From contig CABZIF010000002.1 in NCBI GenBank assembly GCA_902525735.1, positions 5,072 through 69,071 on the forward strand: a stretch of DNA of 64,000 bases, read 5' to 3'. The notes below the pieces were generated by a model. The model worked only from the letters and a program-made list of their open reading frames with translations, ran no database searches and was not told the origin of the DNA. Source of the stretch: an uncultured SAR86 cluster bacterium. Its GTDB lineage: Bacteria; Pseudomonadota; Gammaproteobacteria; Magnimaribacterales; AG-339-G14. How positions within the stretch are numbered: the first letter of the stretch is position 1; the number at the start of each line of letters is the position of its first letter. A program made the translations under genes and the position numbers. Below are positions 19,061 to 27,483 of the stretch, piece by piece.

Positions 19061-19082
19061 AAGTTATAAGTTTATTATTAAT

Positions 19083-19101
19083 GTGAATGAGAATCATTCT
19101 T
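19083..19101. promoter_or_regulatory. Fur box (distal, weaker) upstream of the TonB-dependent receptor
   Basis: GTGAATGAGAATCATTCTT matches the Fur consensus at 14 of 19 positions (hand count). It abuts the -35 element. Confidence 0.5.
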
Positions 19102-19102
19102 C

Positions 19103-19131
19103 TTTACAAAGTTAATGATAATCATTATCAT
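19103..19131 (+). promoter_or_regulatory. sigma70-type promoter for the TonB-dependent receptor (TTTACA-17 nt-TATCAT)
   Basis: -35 TTTACA at 19103-19108, 17-nt spacer, -10 TATCAT at 19126-19131. A GAGG Shine-Dalgarno precedes the ATG at 19163. The architecture matches the fbpA promoter. Confidence 0.55.
19111..19129. promoter_or_regulatory. Fur box (proximal, near-perfect)
   Basis: GTTAATGATAATCATTATC matches the consensus GATAATGATAATCATTATC at 18 of 19 positions. It overlaps the spacer and -10. Confidence 0.8.
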
Positions 19132-19162
19132 CTGTTCGTAAATAAGCATTGAGGTAATAATT

Positions 19163-21298
19163 ATGCAAAAACTTTTATATGGAATTTTGATTTCTGCTGG
19201 ATTGATTTCTAGCAGTTTATTATTCGCACAAGATACTGAAGAATTGGAAGTAAAAGGTAAGGTTTTACAATCTGATCAAGTTACTGCTTTTAAAACTCCA
19301 GTTCCTGTTCTTAACGTTCCTCAATCCGTCTCAATAATTACTGATGACGAGATCATGATGAAAGGTTATAGAGAGCTTGGCGATATAGTTCGTTACACGC
19401 CAGGAGTAAACACAACTCAAGGAGAAGGCCATAGGGATGCCATTGTTTTCAGAGGAGTCAGATCAACTGCGAACTTTTATTTAGATGGAACTAGAGATGA
19501 CGTTCAATACTACAGATCTTTATACAATATTGAACAAGTTGAGGTAATCAAAGGAGCAAACGCTCTTTTATTTGGTCGAGATGCCAGAGGTGGCTTGATT
19601 AATCGTGTGACAAAAAAACCAGTGGTTGGTGAGTCATTTAGATCTATTAATGCTGGTATGGACAGTTTCGGTGCGTACGATATTGCATTCGATTCTAATA
19701 TGGATATTTCCGATGATAGTGCAATCAGATTAATGCTTCATAGCGATACTCTGGAAAACCACAGGGATCATTTTGATGGAGATAGAGTTGGTGCAAACAT
19801 AGTTTATAGGACTGAAATGGACGCTGATTCAACCTTAGATTTATCTTATGAGTTGGTCGATCATGAAAGATTTATTGATCGAGGTATACCTACCAGTTTG
19901 ACTTCTTACTATCCTGACTCAAGATTTGATGACGTAGTATTTGGTTCGCCCGGAATAAATCTGCAAACAACTGAAGCAGATATTTTTAAGGCAAAATTTA
20001 CTCGAGAATTATCAGACACTAGTCGTATTATTTTTTCTTTAACTGCAAATGATTTTGAAAAGATGTATAAAAATTTATACGTATCTAGCATTAATGCAGC
20101 GGGAACTACTATTGATGCAGATGGTTATCAGGACGATACGGAAAGGGAAAGCACAATCTTTAATATTGATTGGGTAAACGAAATAGAGATGGGTGATACA
20201 ACTCATACTATTCTTGCTGGTTTAGAGATTCTTGATACCGAAAACAAAAACCAACGTTATTACAAGTGTTTTTCATCACATGATGGAACAGCTGCTTTAG
20301 ACAATAACGCTGATTGTGTAGCTGGGGCAACCAACAGAAAAGGTCAAAAAGAAACTTTTACAGTTTCTAGACCTATGGACTTCACTAAAAATAGTGATGG
20401 AGTTGCGAACACTACTCATTACGATCAAGCTGGAACGTTTTATGCTAGAACTGAAACGGATGTAGAGATCACTTCCATTTCACTGCAAGACCAAATCAAC
20501 TTGAACGAAAGTATTTTACTTACCGTAGGTGGAAGATTTGATCAAATGGAGTTGACAGTACGAGATACTAGAACAACTTCTGGAGGAACAACTATAAACG
20601 ATAGAGACATCTTCTCACCAAGAGCAGGAATAACATATAAACCGCAAGAGAACGTTTCTTTATATGCAGCTTATAGCGAAAGTTATTATCCAAAAGCTGG
20701 AGAACAGTATAAGAAACAGTCAGATGCTCAAGCTATAACCGATCCAGATACTTTTGAAAATACTGAGATTGGTTTGAAAATGGAAATCAATCCTAATCTA
20801 GTTTTTACAGCAAACTATTTTGATAGCGAAAATGTAGTTTCTTTACCTGATGGACAAGGTGAAGCAGAAACGGTTAATTTGTCTGTGGATGGATTTGAAT
20901 TAGAGCTAAAAGGTCAGATAAATGAAAAACTTTATGCTGCTTTCGGTTACTCTGATTATGATGGTGAGACATCTCCTGGGACACCTGCGAAAGAGATACC
21001 AGAATCAACTACAACTGGCTGGATCAACTACGATGTATCTGACAGTTTTGGTTATGGTTTAGGTTTTACGAGACAAGGCGAATCTCAAATTAAAGATGGC
21101 GCAGCTTCTGGAGGATTGCTTCCAAGTTACACTAGATGGGACGCAGCAATGTATTGGACTCTTTCAAACGATACATCAGTGCAGTTGAACATTGAAAACT
21201 TAACCAATACTGATTATTACCCTCACGCACATTCAACTCATCAAGCATCAGTTGGAGAGGACATAAATGCGAGGTTGTCTATTAATTACAGTTTCTAA
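19163..21298 (+). CDS. TonB-dependent outer-membrane receptor (siderophore/iron-complex type)
   Basis: 711 aa. Signal peptide, plug domain (VPQSVSIITDDEI..., GEGHRDAIVFRG..., YLDGTRDDVQYYRS, VEVIKGANALLFG), beta-barrel, C-terminal aromatic residue (...LSINYSF). Confidence 0.9.
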   Translation: MQKLLYGILISAGLISSSLLFAQDTEELEVKGKVLQSDQVTAFKTPVPVLNVPQSVSIITDDEIMMKGYRELGDIVRYTPGVNTTQGEGHRDAIVFRGVRSTANFYLDGTRDDVQYYRSLYNIEQVEVIKGANALLFGRDARGGLINRVTKKPVVGESFRSINAGMDSFGAYDIAFDSNMDISDDSAIRLMLHSDTLENHRDHFDGDRVGANIVYRTEMDADSTLDLSYELVDHERFIDRGIPTSLTSYYPDSRFDDVVFGSPGINLQTTEADIFKAKFTRELSDTSRIIFSLTANDFEKMYKNLYVSSINAAGTTIDADGYQDDTERESTIFNIDWVNEIEMGDTTHTILAGLEILDTENKNQRYYKCFSSHDGTAALDNNADCVAGATNRKGQKETFTVSRPMDFTKNSDGVANTTHYDQAGTFYARTETDVEITSISLQDQINLNESILLTVGGRFDQMELTVRDTRTTSGGTTINDRDIFSPRAGITYKPQENVSLYAAYSESYYPKAGEQYKKQSDAQAITDPDTFENTEIGLKMEINPNLVFTANYFDSENVVSLPDGQGEAETVNLSVDGFELELKGQINEKLYAAFGYSDYDGETSPGTPAKEIPESTTTGWINYDVSDSFGYGLGFTRQGESQIKDGAASGGLLPSYTRWDAAMYWTLSNDTSVQLNIENLTNTDYYPHAHSTHQASVGEDINARLSINYSF

Positions 21299-21309
21299 TC
21301 TAGATTTTT

Positions 21310-21352
21310 CTTGAGGAAGTTTTCACTTCCATTTATTAAGAACTTCCTCAAG
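21310..21352 (+). other. perfect 12-bp inverted repeat / RNA hairpin just after the receptor stop codon, with an alternative inner hairpin
   Basis: CTTGAGGAAGTT (21310-21321) pairs with AACTTCCTCAAG (21341-21352). Inside the loop, ACTTCC (21325-21330) can instead pair with GGAAGT (21315-21320). No U-tract follows. Confidence 0.35.
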
Positions 21353-21460
21353 ATTCACCCCTGAGTCTAGGTTATAAATCTAAGCTTAATGAAGTAGAGG
21401 CATTGAGATTAGACAGGGTTCATAGTTGGAGAGCTTTGGACCCTGACTGTAAAAAATTCA

Positions 21461-21494
21461 AAAAAAGTATCTCGCCCATGCGAGATATTTTTTT
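21461..21494. terminator. bidirectional rho-independent terminator shared by the convergent receptor and ALAS genes
   Basis: AAAAAAGT-ATCTCGC-CCAT-GCGAGAT-ATTTTTTT: a 7-bp GC-containing stem with a 4-nt loop, flanked by an A-tract and a T-tract. Confidence 0.75.
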
Positions 21495-21578
21495 AATATA
21501 AATTCTTAAAGATTATTAAAATAGATTAGAAATTTCTATAGTGTAGAGGCATTAAAAGAAATTCGTATGAATATTACC

Positions 21579-22829
21579 TTAAAATAAATTAGAAATGTTA
21601 TTAAATTTAGATTTCTCCTTTTTAGATCGTTTGAGATCTAATTTTGACCATACTTGATCTAGTGCACCTACGAAGGTCTGAATATCCTCAGCAGAGTGTT
21701 TTGGTGTAATAGTTACCCTAAATCTTTCATCTCCCTTAGGAACAGTAGGGTAAAAAATTGGTTGGATATAAACACCATGTTCTTCAATAAGTACATTGGC
21801 AGCTTCTTTGCATAATTCAGGATCATAAAGATGAATGGGAACAATGTGACTATCATTTTCAAGAAAAGGAATGCTAGATTCTTTTAAGCCTTGTCTAATT
21901 AAATCAGAATTATTTTTAATATTTTTCCTAAGCAAGTCAGCGCCTTTAGCAAGTTCTATAGCGACCAGACTAGCTGCAGCTATACTAGGATTTGCAGATG
22001 AAGTAAAAATAAAACCTGGAGCAAAACTTCTTATAAAGTCAATGATATCTCTACTGGCAGATACATATCCACCCATTTGCCCAAAAGCTTTCGATAAAGT
22101 GCCGTTAATAATATCGATTTCATCAGAAACGTTTAATTCTGCAGCTATACCTCTTCCTTCGGGCCCATAAAGTCCTACAGAGTGAACTTCATCTAAGTAA
22201 GTAAGAGCATTATATTTCTTAGCGAGAGAGACAATTTGTTTTATAGGTGATCTCAAGCCCTCCATAGAATAAAGAGATTCGAATACAATTATTTTTGGAG
22301 TATTGGCATTAGAAGTCTTTAGAAGTTCCTCAAGGTGATTTGTGTCATTGTGTCTAAACACATGTGTTGGCACATTAGCATTTTTGACTCCCTGTATCAT
22401 TGAAGCGTGATTCAACTCATCCGAATAAACTTCACATCCACTTAATTTTTTACACAGAGTCCAAAGAGTTGATTGGTTTGCTGTATAGGCTGATGGGAAC
22501 AACAAACTTGCTTCTTTTTTGTGAAGCTCTGCAAGGCTTTTCTCCAGATCTGCATGATAAGTTGAAGTGCCCGATATATTTCTAGTTCCTCCAGAACCAG
22601 TACCCAATTCTTTTGTAACCTTTGTAGACTCCATTATTACAACTGGATGTTGACTTAAATTCAAGTAGTCATTACTGCACCAAACTTCGACGGCTCTTTC
22701 GTTACCTTCAAATCTTTCAGTGGCTTTAGGGAAATTCTTTTTGTTTCTATTTATCTCTCTAAACTTTCGATAAAGACCCTGAGATTTTAACGATGTGAGC
22801 TCGTCAGCAAAGAATTTTTTATAGTTCAT
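21579..22829 (-). CDS. hemA: 5-aminolevulinate synthase (C4/Shemin pathway)
   Basis: 416 aa PLP alpha-oxoamine synthase carrying ALAS-specific motifs: [71 protein letters not shown], the catalytic-Lys region [17 protein letters not shown], and DSHIVPI. Confidence 0.9.
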   Translation of the reverse strand: MNYKKFFADELTSLKSQGLYRKFREINRNKKNFPKATERFEGNERAVEVWCSNDYLNLSQHPVVIMESTKVTKELGTGSGGTRNISGTSTYHADLEKSLAELHKKEASLLFPSAYTANQSTLWTLCKKLSGCEVYSDELNHASMIQGVKNANVPTHVFRHNDTNHLEELLKTSNANTPKIIVFESLYSMEGLRSPIKQIVSLAKKYNALTYLDEVHSVGLYGPEGRGIAAELNVSDEIDIINGTLSKAFGQMGGYVSASRDIIDFIRSFAPGFIFTSSANPSIAAASLVAIELAKGADLLRKNIKNNSDLIRQGLKESSIPFLENDSHIVPIHLYDPELCKEAANVLIEEHGVYIQPIFYPTVPKGDERFRVTITPKHSAEDIQTFVGALDQVWSKLDLKRSKKEKSKFNNISNLF

Positions 22830-22930
22830 TTTGTTCTTAGTAGAGTATATTTTTATCGTATTTAAAACATTATTAGTCTTTTTGTACAGAGAATTTATAA
22901 TTAACTTATTATTTATAATAAAGAGTTATA

Positions 22931-24433
22931 TTGAAGACATTAACGATAATTTCCAGAAGAAGTATATTAGCTCAAATTCAAGCTGAGATTGTGGGCAGAA
23001 GGATTTTAGAATATTTCCCGAAAACAAAAATAAAATATATACAAAAAGATACTATAGGTGATCTAGATTTAGATACACCACTTTATAAAATGCCAGAAAT
23101 AGGTGTTTTCACCGATGATATTAGAAATGAGCTGATCCAAAAAAAAGCCGACTTAGCTGTCCATTCCTGGAAAGATTTGCCAGTCGAGTTGGAAGAAGGA
23201 ACCAAGATTTCTGCAACTATTGAAAGAGCAGATTTGAGAGATATATTAATTTTCAAAAAAAACTCGATTTCAAAGGATGATGTTTCTATATACACTTCCT
23301 CTCCTAGACGCAAAGAGAATCTTTCAAATTTCCTTCCCAAAGCTTTACCATCACAACCCAAAAAAATTAGATTTTTAGATATTCGTGGAAATATCCCAAC
23401 ACGAATAAAAAAATTAATAGGATCTGATGTCGATGGCCTTGTAATGGCAAAAGCAGCGCTAGATAGAATAATAAATGACAACACGACAAAATTTTTGAAA
23501 GAAAAAAAAGAAGTTTTAAATTTTTTTAAAGAATTAAATTGGATGGTCTTACCTTTGTCTGAGAATCCATCAGCTCCAGCTCAAGGTGCCTTAGCAATTG
23601 AATCACGATCAAAAGATGAGGAAACTTTGAAAATATTAAATAAAATTAACAATGAAGAAGTTTTTAAATCAGTAGAAAAAGAAAGAAAAATTCTAAAAAA
23701 ATATGGCGGAGGTTGTCATCAAAAAATTGGAGTGAGTCATCAAATTTTAAAAATGGGAGAGGTATTAAATTTAAAAGGAGAAACAGAGGAAGGAATTAGG
23801 CTTAATGAAAATAGTTTTTTTCCTAAAGCAAAATTTATAGATGAATCTCTTTCAAAAATTATAAGTTTTTATCCTCAAAAGCCAGAAAATTCCTCTTTTT
23901 TTGACCGGGAAATTATTCAAAATTCTTCAAAAGCATTGAAAAATATAACTAATTCAGGAATTTATGTAAGCCGAAGCAATGCGCTTGATAATTTTAGTAA
24001 TATAAAAGATTCTAATACTATCTGGACCAGTGGAATTAAGACGTGGCTATCTTTATCTCGTAAAGGTCTGTGGATAAATGGTTCTTCTGATAGCTTGGGA
24101 GAGATAGAGTCTCCTCCTGAGAACGTTTTAAAAAAAATAAAATGGTACAAAATCTCTCACAATGCTGCACCCAAAGGCGATAAAGAAATTATTCCAACTT
24201 ATAGACTTATAAAAAAAGAACTTCCCAAAGAAATTAAGGATGTGACCCATTTTTATTGGATGAGTTCTAGTTCATTCAAATATGCTGTGAAGAAATATCC
24301 TGAGATTAAAAATAGAAGTCATTCTTGTGGCCTCGGAAAAACATTTGATGAAATTAGCGCAATCATACCTGGAAAAGTTTATCCTTATCTCAAATATCAA
24401 GACTGGCTAGAAAAAATCAAGAAAGCAAAGTAA
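22931..24433 (+). CDS. hemC: hydroxymethylbilane synthase with C-terminal uroporphyrinogen-III synthase-like extension (putative HemC-HemD fusion)
   Basis: 500 aa with a TTG start. Residues 1 to about 290 are HMBS (DLAVHSWKDLP, GNIPTRIKKL, APAQGALAIESR, GGGCHQKIGVS). The roughly 200-aa tail has HemD-like features (WTSGIKTWLSL..G, FYWMSSSSFKYAV, SCGLGKTFDEI). No separate hemD is in the cluster. Confidence 0.75.
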   Translation: MKTLTIISRRSILAQIQAEIVGRRILEYFPKTKIKYIQKDTIGDLDLDTPLYKMPEIGVFTDDIRNELIQKKADLAVHSWKDLPVELEEGTKISATIERADLRDILIFKKNSISKDDVSIYTSSPRRKENLSNFLPKALPSQPKKIRFLDIRGNIPTRIKKLIGSDVDGLVMAKAALDRIINDNTTKFLKEKKEVLNFFKELNWMVLPLSENPSAPAQGALAIESRSKDEETLKILNKINNEEVFKSVEKERKILKKYGGGCHQKIGVSHQILKMGEVLNLKGETEEGIRLNENSFFPKAKFIDESLSKIISFYPQKPENSSFFDREIIQNSSKALKNITNSGIYVSRSNALDNFSNIKDSNTIWTSGIKTWLSLSRKGLWINGSSDSLGEIESPPENVLKKIKWYKISHNAAPKGDKEIIPTYRLIKKELPKEIKDVTHFYWMSSSSFKYAVKKYPEIKNRSHSCGLGKTFDEISAIIPGKVYPYLKYQDWLEKIKKAK

Positions 24434-24457
24434 CATCACATTCCAAATTTAAGAATA

Positions 24458-25450
24458 ATGAATTTTAATAGGAAATTTCCTCTTACGAGACTGAGAAGAA
24501 CTAGATCTAAACCAGGATTAAGATCCATGGTAGCCGAAGTAAACCTATCAGTAGACGACTTAATCCAACCAATTTTTATAAAAGAAAATTTAACAGGTAC
24601 AGAAAATATTGATTCGATGCCTGAAATTAAAAGATTTGGATTAGATGTTTTAAATAAAGAAATAGACGAATTAGTCTCTTTAGGTATTAAATCAGTAGCT
24701 GTTTTTCCTGTAATAGAGGAATCAAAAAAAGATGCTGCTGGTTTAGAAGCTTTAAATGAAAACAACTTTCTTACGAAAGCAATCAAACAAATCAAAGAGG
24801 CATTTCCCGAACTTATTGTTATCGTTGATGTAGCTTTAGATCCATATACTACACATGGACATGACGGCGTATTGGACAGTAACGACGATGTAGATAATGA
24901 TGCTTCTTTACTCACTCTAAAAGAACAAGCTTTGGTACTAGCCAAAGCAGGAGCAGACGTTATTGCGCCTTCGGATATGATGGATGGGAGAATCAAGTTA
25001 ATCAGGGAGGCCTTGGAAGACAATAACTATAAAAATATCGTTATATTGTCTTATGCCGCAAAATATAGTTCAAAATTTTATGGTCCATTTAAGGATGCAG
25101 TAGAATCTGCAAAATTCTTTGGAAATAAGACGAAAGATACCTATCAAATGGCTGTCAGCAACATAAATGAAGCTTTGCAGGAAGTAGCAATGGATATTGA
25201 AGAGGGTGCAGATATAGTCATGGTAAAACCAGGTTTGCCTTTTTTGGATGTGCTAAAGGCTGTCAAAGATGAATTCAAAATGCCAACCTTCGTTTACCAA
25301 GTAAGCGGTGAATATTCAATGTTGAAAGCCGCCATTGAAAGGGGCTGGCTTTCAAAAGAAGTGATGAAAGAATCTTTAATTTCCTTTAAAAGAGCTGGCG
25401 CTGACTGCATCTTAACTTATTCAGCAAAGGAAATAGCAAGAGAACTATAA
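24458..25450 (+). CDS. hemB: porphobilinogen synthase (ALA dehydratase), Asp-rich (zinc-independent) type
   Basis: 330 aa. RLRRTR..., active-site lysine regions (MVKPG). The metal site reads DVALDPYTTHGHDG instead of the Cys-rich Zn site. Confidence 0.95.
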   Translation: MNFNRKFPLTRLRRTRSKPGLRSMVAEVNLSVDDLIQPIFIKENLTGTENIDSMPEIKRFGLDVLNKEIDELVSLGIKSVAVFPVIEESKKDAAGLEALNENNFLTKAIKQIKEAFPELIVIVDVALDPYTTHGHDGVLDSNDDVDNDASLLTLKEQALVLAKAGADVIAPSDMMDGRIKLIREALEDNNYKNIVILSYAAKYSSKFYGPFKDAVESAKFFGNKTKDTYQMAVSNINEALQEVAMDIEEGADIVMVKPGLPFLDVLKAVKDEFKMPTFVYQVSGEYSMLKAAIERGWLSKEVMKESLISFKRAGADCILTYSAKEIAREL

Positions 25451-25456
25451 TAAATA

Positions 25457-26479
25457 ATGCCAAACGATAGGTTTTTAAATGCATTGCAAGGTAAGCCACA
25501 AAAAATTCCTCCAATTTGGCTTATGAGACAAGCAGGGAGATATCATTCTCACTATCAAAATTTAAAAAAATCTTTTACATTTGAAGAGCTCTGCAAATCA
25601 CCAAAACTTGCGGCAGAGACTGCCATGGGACCAATTGAAGATTTTGATTTTGATGTTGCCATATTGTTTAGCGACATTCTATTTCCATTAGAATCATTAG
25701 GGATGAATCTAAAATATGATCCAGGACCTAAATTTTCTGAGTTATTAACCTCAAAAAATTATAAAAAATTATTTAATCAGCGTCTTCCCGCTCAATCACT
25801 AAGCTTTCAGGCCGAAGCTATAGAAAGAACAATTGAAAAACTCCCAAAAGATAAGTCCATGATTGGTTTCATAGGCGGACCATGGACATTAATTTCTTAT
25901 GCGATGGGAAAAAATAAAGAAAATTCAATTGATAAACTTTCAGAATTCGACTGGAATATTATTAATGATCAAATAATTCCTTTATTAAGAGAAAATATTT
26001 CAATCCAAATAAAAGCAGGAGCTGAAATGGTCATGATTTTTGATTCGGCAGCTAATCAATTGAATAGATCAGACTTTGCCAAATATATAAAAGTAGTCTT
26101 TGAAGAAATTGTAATAAATTTTAAAAAAAAGGTTGGTTATTATGCTAAAGACGGAGTTGATTACTCCTTGATAGAAAAAATAAAAAAAGAGTCCTTTATC
26201 CCCTTAGCAGGATTAGGAATAGACTCCAATTACTCATTAGGAAATTTTTTCTCTAAATCTAGAGAAGGTTTTATTCAAGGAAATTTTGACGAAAAGGTTA
26301 TGACCCAACCACAGAATATTATGGAAAAAAACTTAGATAAGTTTATAGAAGAAACTTCCTCTTTTTCAATGGAGCAAAGAGCTGGTTGGGTTTGCGGTTT
26401 AGGACATGGAGTTCTCAAGACCACACCTGAAGATAATGTAAGAATTTTCGTAAAAAAAATTAGAGAAGCATTCGCATGA
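25457..26479 (+). CDS. hemE: uroporphyrinogen decarboxylase
   Basis: 340 aa with the PIWLMRQAGRY signature. It lies 6 nt after hemB. Confidence 0.93.
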   Translation: MPNDRFLNALQGKPQKIPPIWLMRQAGRYHSHYQNLKKSFTFEELCKSPKLAAETAMGPIEDFDFDVAILFSDILFPLESLGMNLKYDPGPKFSELLTSKNYKKLFNQRLPAQSLSFQAEAIERTIEKLPKDKSMIGFIGGPWTLISYAMGKNKENSIDKLSEFDWNIINDQIIPLLRENISIQIKAGAEMVMIFDSAANQLNRSDFAKYIKVVFEEIVINFKKKVGYYAKDGVDYSLIEKIKKESFIPLAGLGIDSNYSLGNFFSKSREGFIQGNFDEKVMTQPQNIMEKNLDKFIEETSSFSMEQRAGWVCGLGHGVLKTTPEDNVRIFVKKIREAFA

Positions 26480-27483
26480 GTTTTCTTGGTGAACAGAATT
26501 TTGAACACGATTCCTCTGAGAAAATTGGAGTATTATTATGCAATTTAGGAACTCCAGATAGTTTTAAAACAGGCGATGTTAGAAAATTCTTGAAAGAATT
26601 TTTATCTGATGGAAGAGTAGTAGAAATTCCGAAATTTATTTGGTGGTTTATTTTAAACGGAATAATTCTTATTTTTAGGCCCAAAAAATCTGCATTACTT
26701 TATGAATCTGTTTGGACAAAGGAGGGCTCTCCTTTATTAGTTTATTCCGAAAAATTAGTAAGTAAACTTTTAAAAGAGTTGCCAAACAATTATGAAATTG
26801 AATTAGCAATGAGGTATGGAAATCCCAGCATAGAGGAAGGTCTTATAGCTTTAAAAAAGAAAAATTGTAGAAACTTAATTGTGTTACCTTTATTTCCCCA
26901 ATATTCTGGAACTACTACTGGAAGTGTGTTTGACGAAGTTTCAAGAGTTCTTTCAAAGTGGCGATGGGTTCCAAATCTAAATTTTATAAATAGTTATCAT
27001 GATGACGAAGGTTATATCATTGCTTTATCAGATTCTATTAAAGAAAAATTGGAAAACGAATCCCCTCAAAAAATTGTTTTTTCTTACCACGGAATACCGA
27101 AAAGAAATTTTATCAAGGGTGATCCATACCATTGCCTATGTAAAAAAACCACACGCCTGGTGGCTGAAAGATTAGGATTAAATGAAGATAAATACATTAC
27201 AACCTTTCAATCTAGATTCGGCAGAGCAGAGTGGTTGAAGCCTTACACTAGCGAAACTATGGAAAATTTACCGTCAGAAAATATAAAGAATATTTTGGTT
27301 GTGGCTCCAGGGTTCAGTGTCGATTGTTTAGAGACCATTGAGGAGATAGACGATGAAAACAAAGAAATTTTTATTGATGCCGGCGGAGAAAAGTTTGGTT
27401 ACATTCCATGCTTAAATGATTCGCAACAACATATTAAATTCATTAAAGACTTTCTTCAAAAACAAACTTATATCTGGAAGTAA
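26476..27483 (+). CDS. hemH: ferrochelatase
   Basis: 335 aa. GVLLCNLGTPDS, LPLFPQYSGTTTGS, FSYHGIP, QSRFG...WLKPYT. ATGA overlap with hemE. Confidence 0.93.
   Translation: MSFLGEQNFEHDSSEKIGVLLCNLGTPDSFKTGDVRKFLKEFLSDGRVVEIPKFIWWFILNGIILIFRPKKSALLYESVWTKEGSPLLVYSEKLVSKLLKELPNNYEIELAMRYGNPSIEEGLIALKKKNCRNLIVLPLFPQYSGTTTGSVFDEVSRVLSKWRWVPNLNFINSYHDDEGYIIALSDSIKEKLENESPQKIVFSYHGIPKRNFIKGDPYHCLCKKTTRLVAERLGLNEDKYITTFQSRFGRAEWLKPYTSETMENLPSENIKNILVVAPGFSVDCLETIEEIDDENKEIFIDAGGEKFGYIPCLNDSQQHIKFIKDFLQKQTYIWK

Noticed and set aside
20789-20800. NPNL motif in the TonB-dependent receptor, suggesting a heme receptor (FRAP/NPNL boxes)
   Set aside because: The motif is out of register with the receptor's generic PE..N.E.G.K segment. 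No FRAP box or conserved His lies between such boxes. The plug and barrel motifs look like siderophore/iron-complex receptors.
21579-22829. Alternative call of 2-amino-3-ketobutyrate CoA ligase or 8-amino-7-oxononanoate synthase instead of ALAS
   Set aside because: The WCSNDYL and GGTRNISGT motifs and the overall collinearity fit ALAS rather than KBL (FCANNYLG, GSVRFICGT) or BioF. The adjacent complete heme operon supports ALAS.
22830-22930. Search for a Fur box or other obvious operator between ALAS and the heme operon
   Set aside because: I found only generic AT-rich sequence. The best hand alignment to the Fur consensus was about half the positions, which is not distinguishable from background in this composition.
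24436-25023. 195-aa minus-strand ORF antisense to hemB
   Set aside because: It lies entirely inside a very well supported hemB CDS. Its translation is low-complexity (Ser/Ile/Leu/Lys-rich) with no recognisable motif, which is typical of shadow ORFs in AT-rich DNA.
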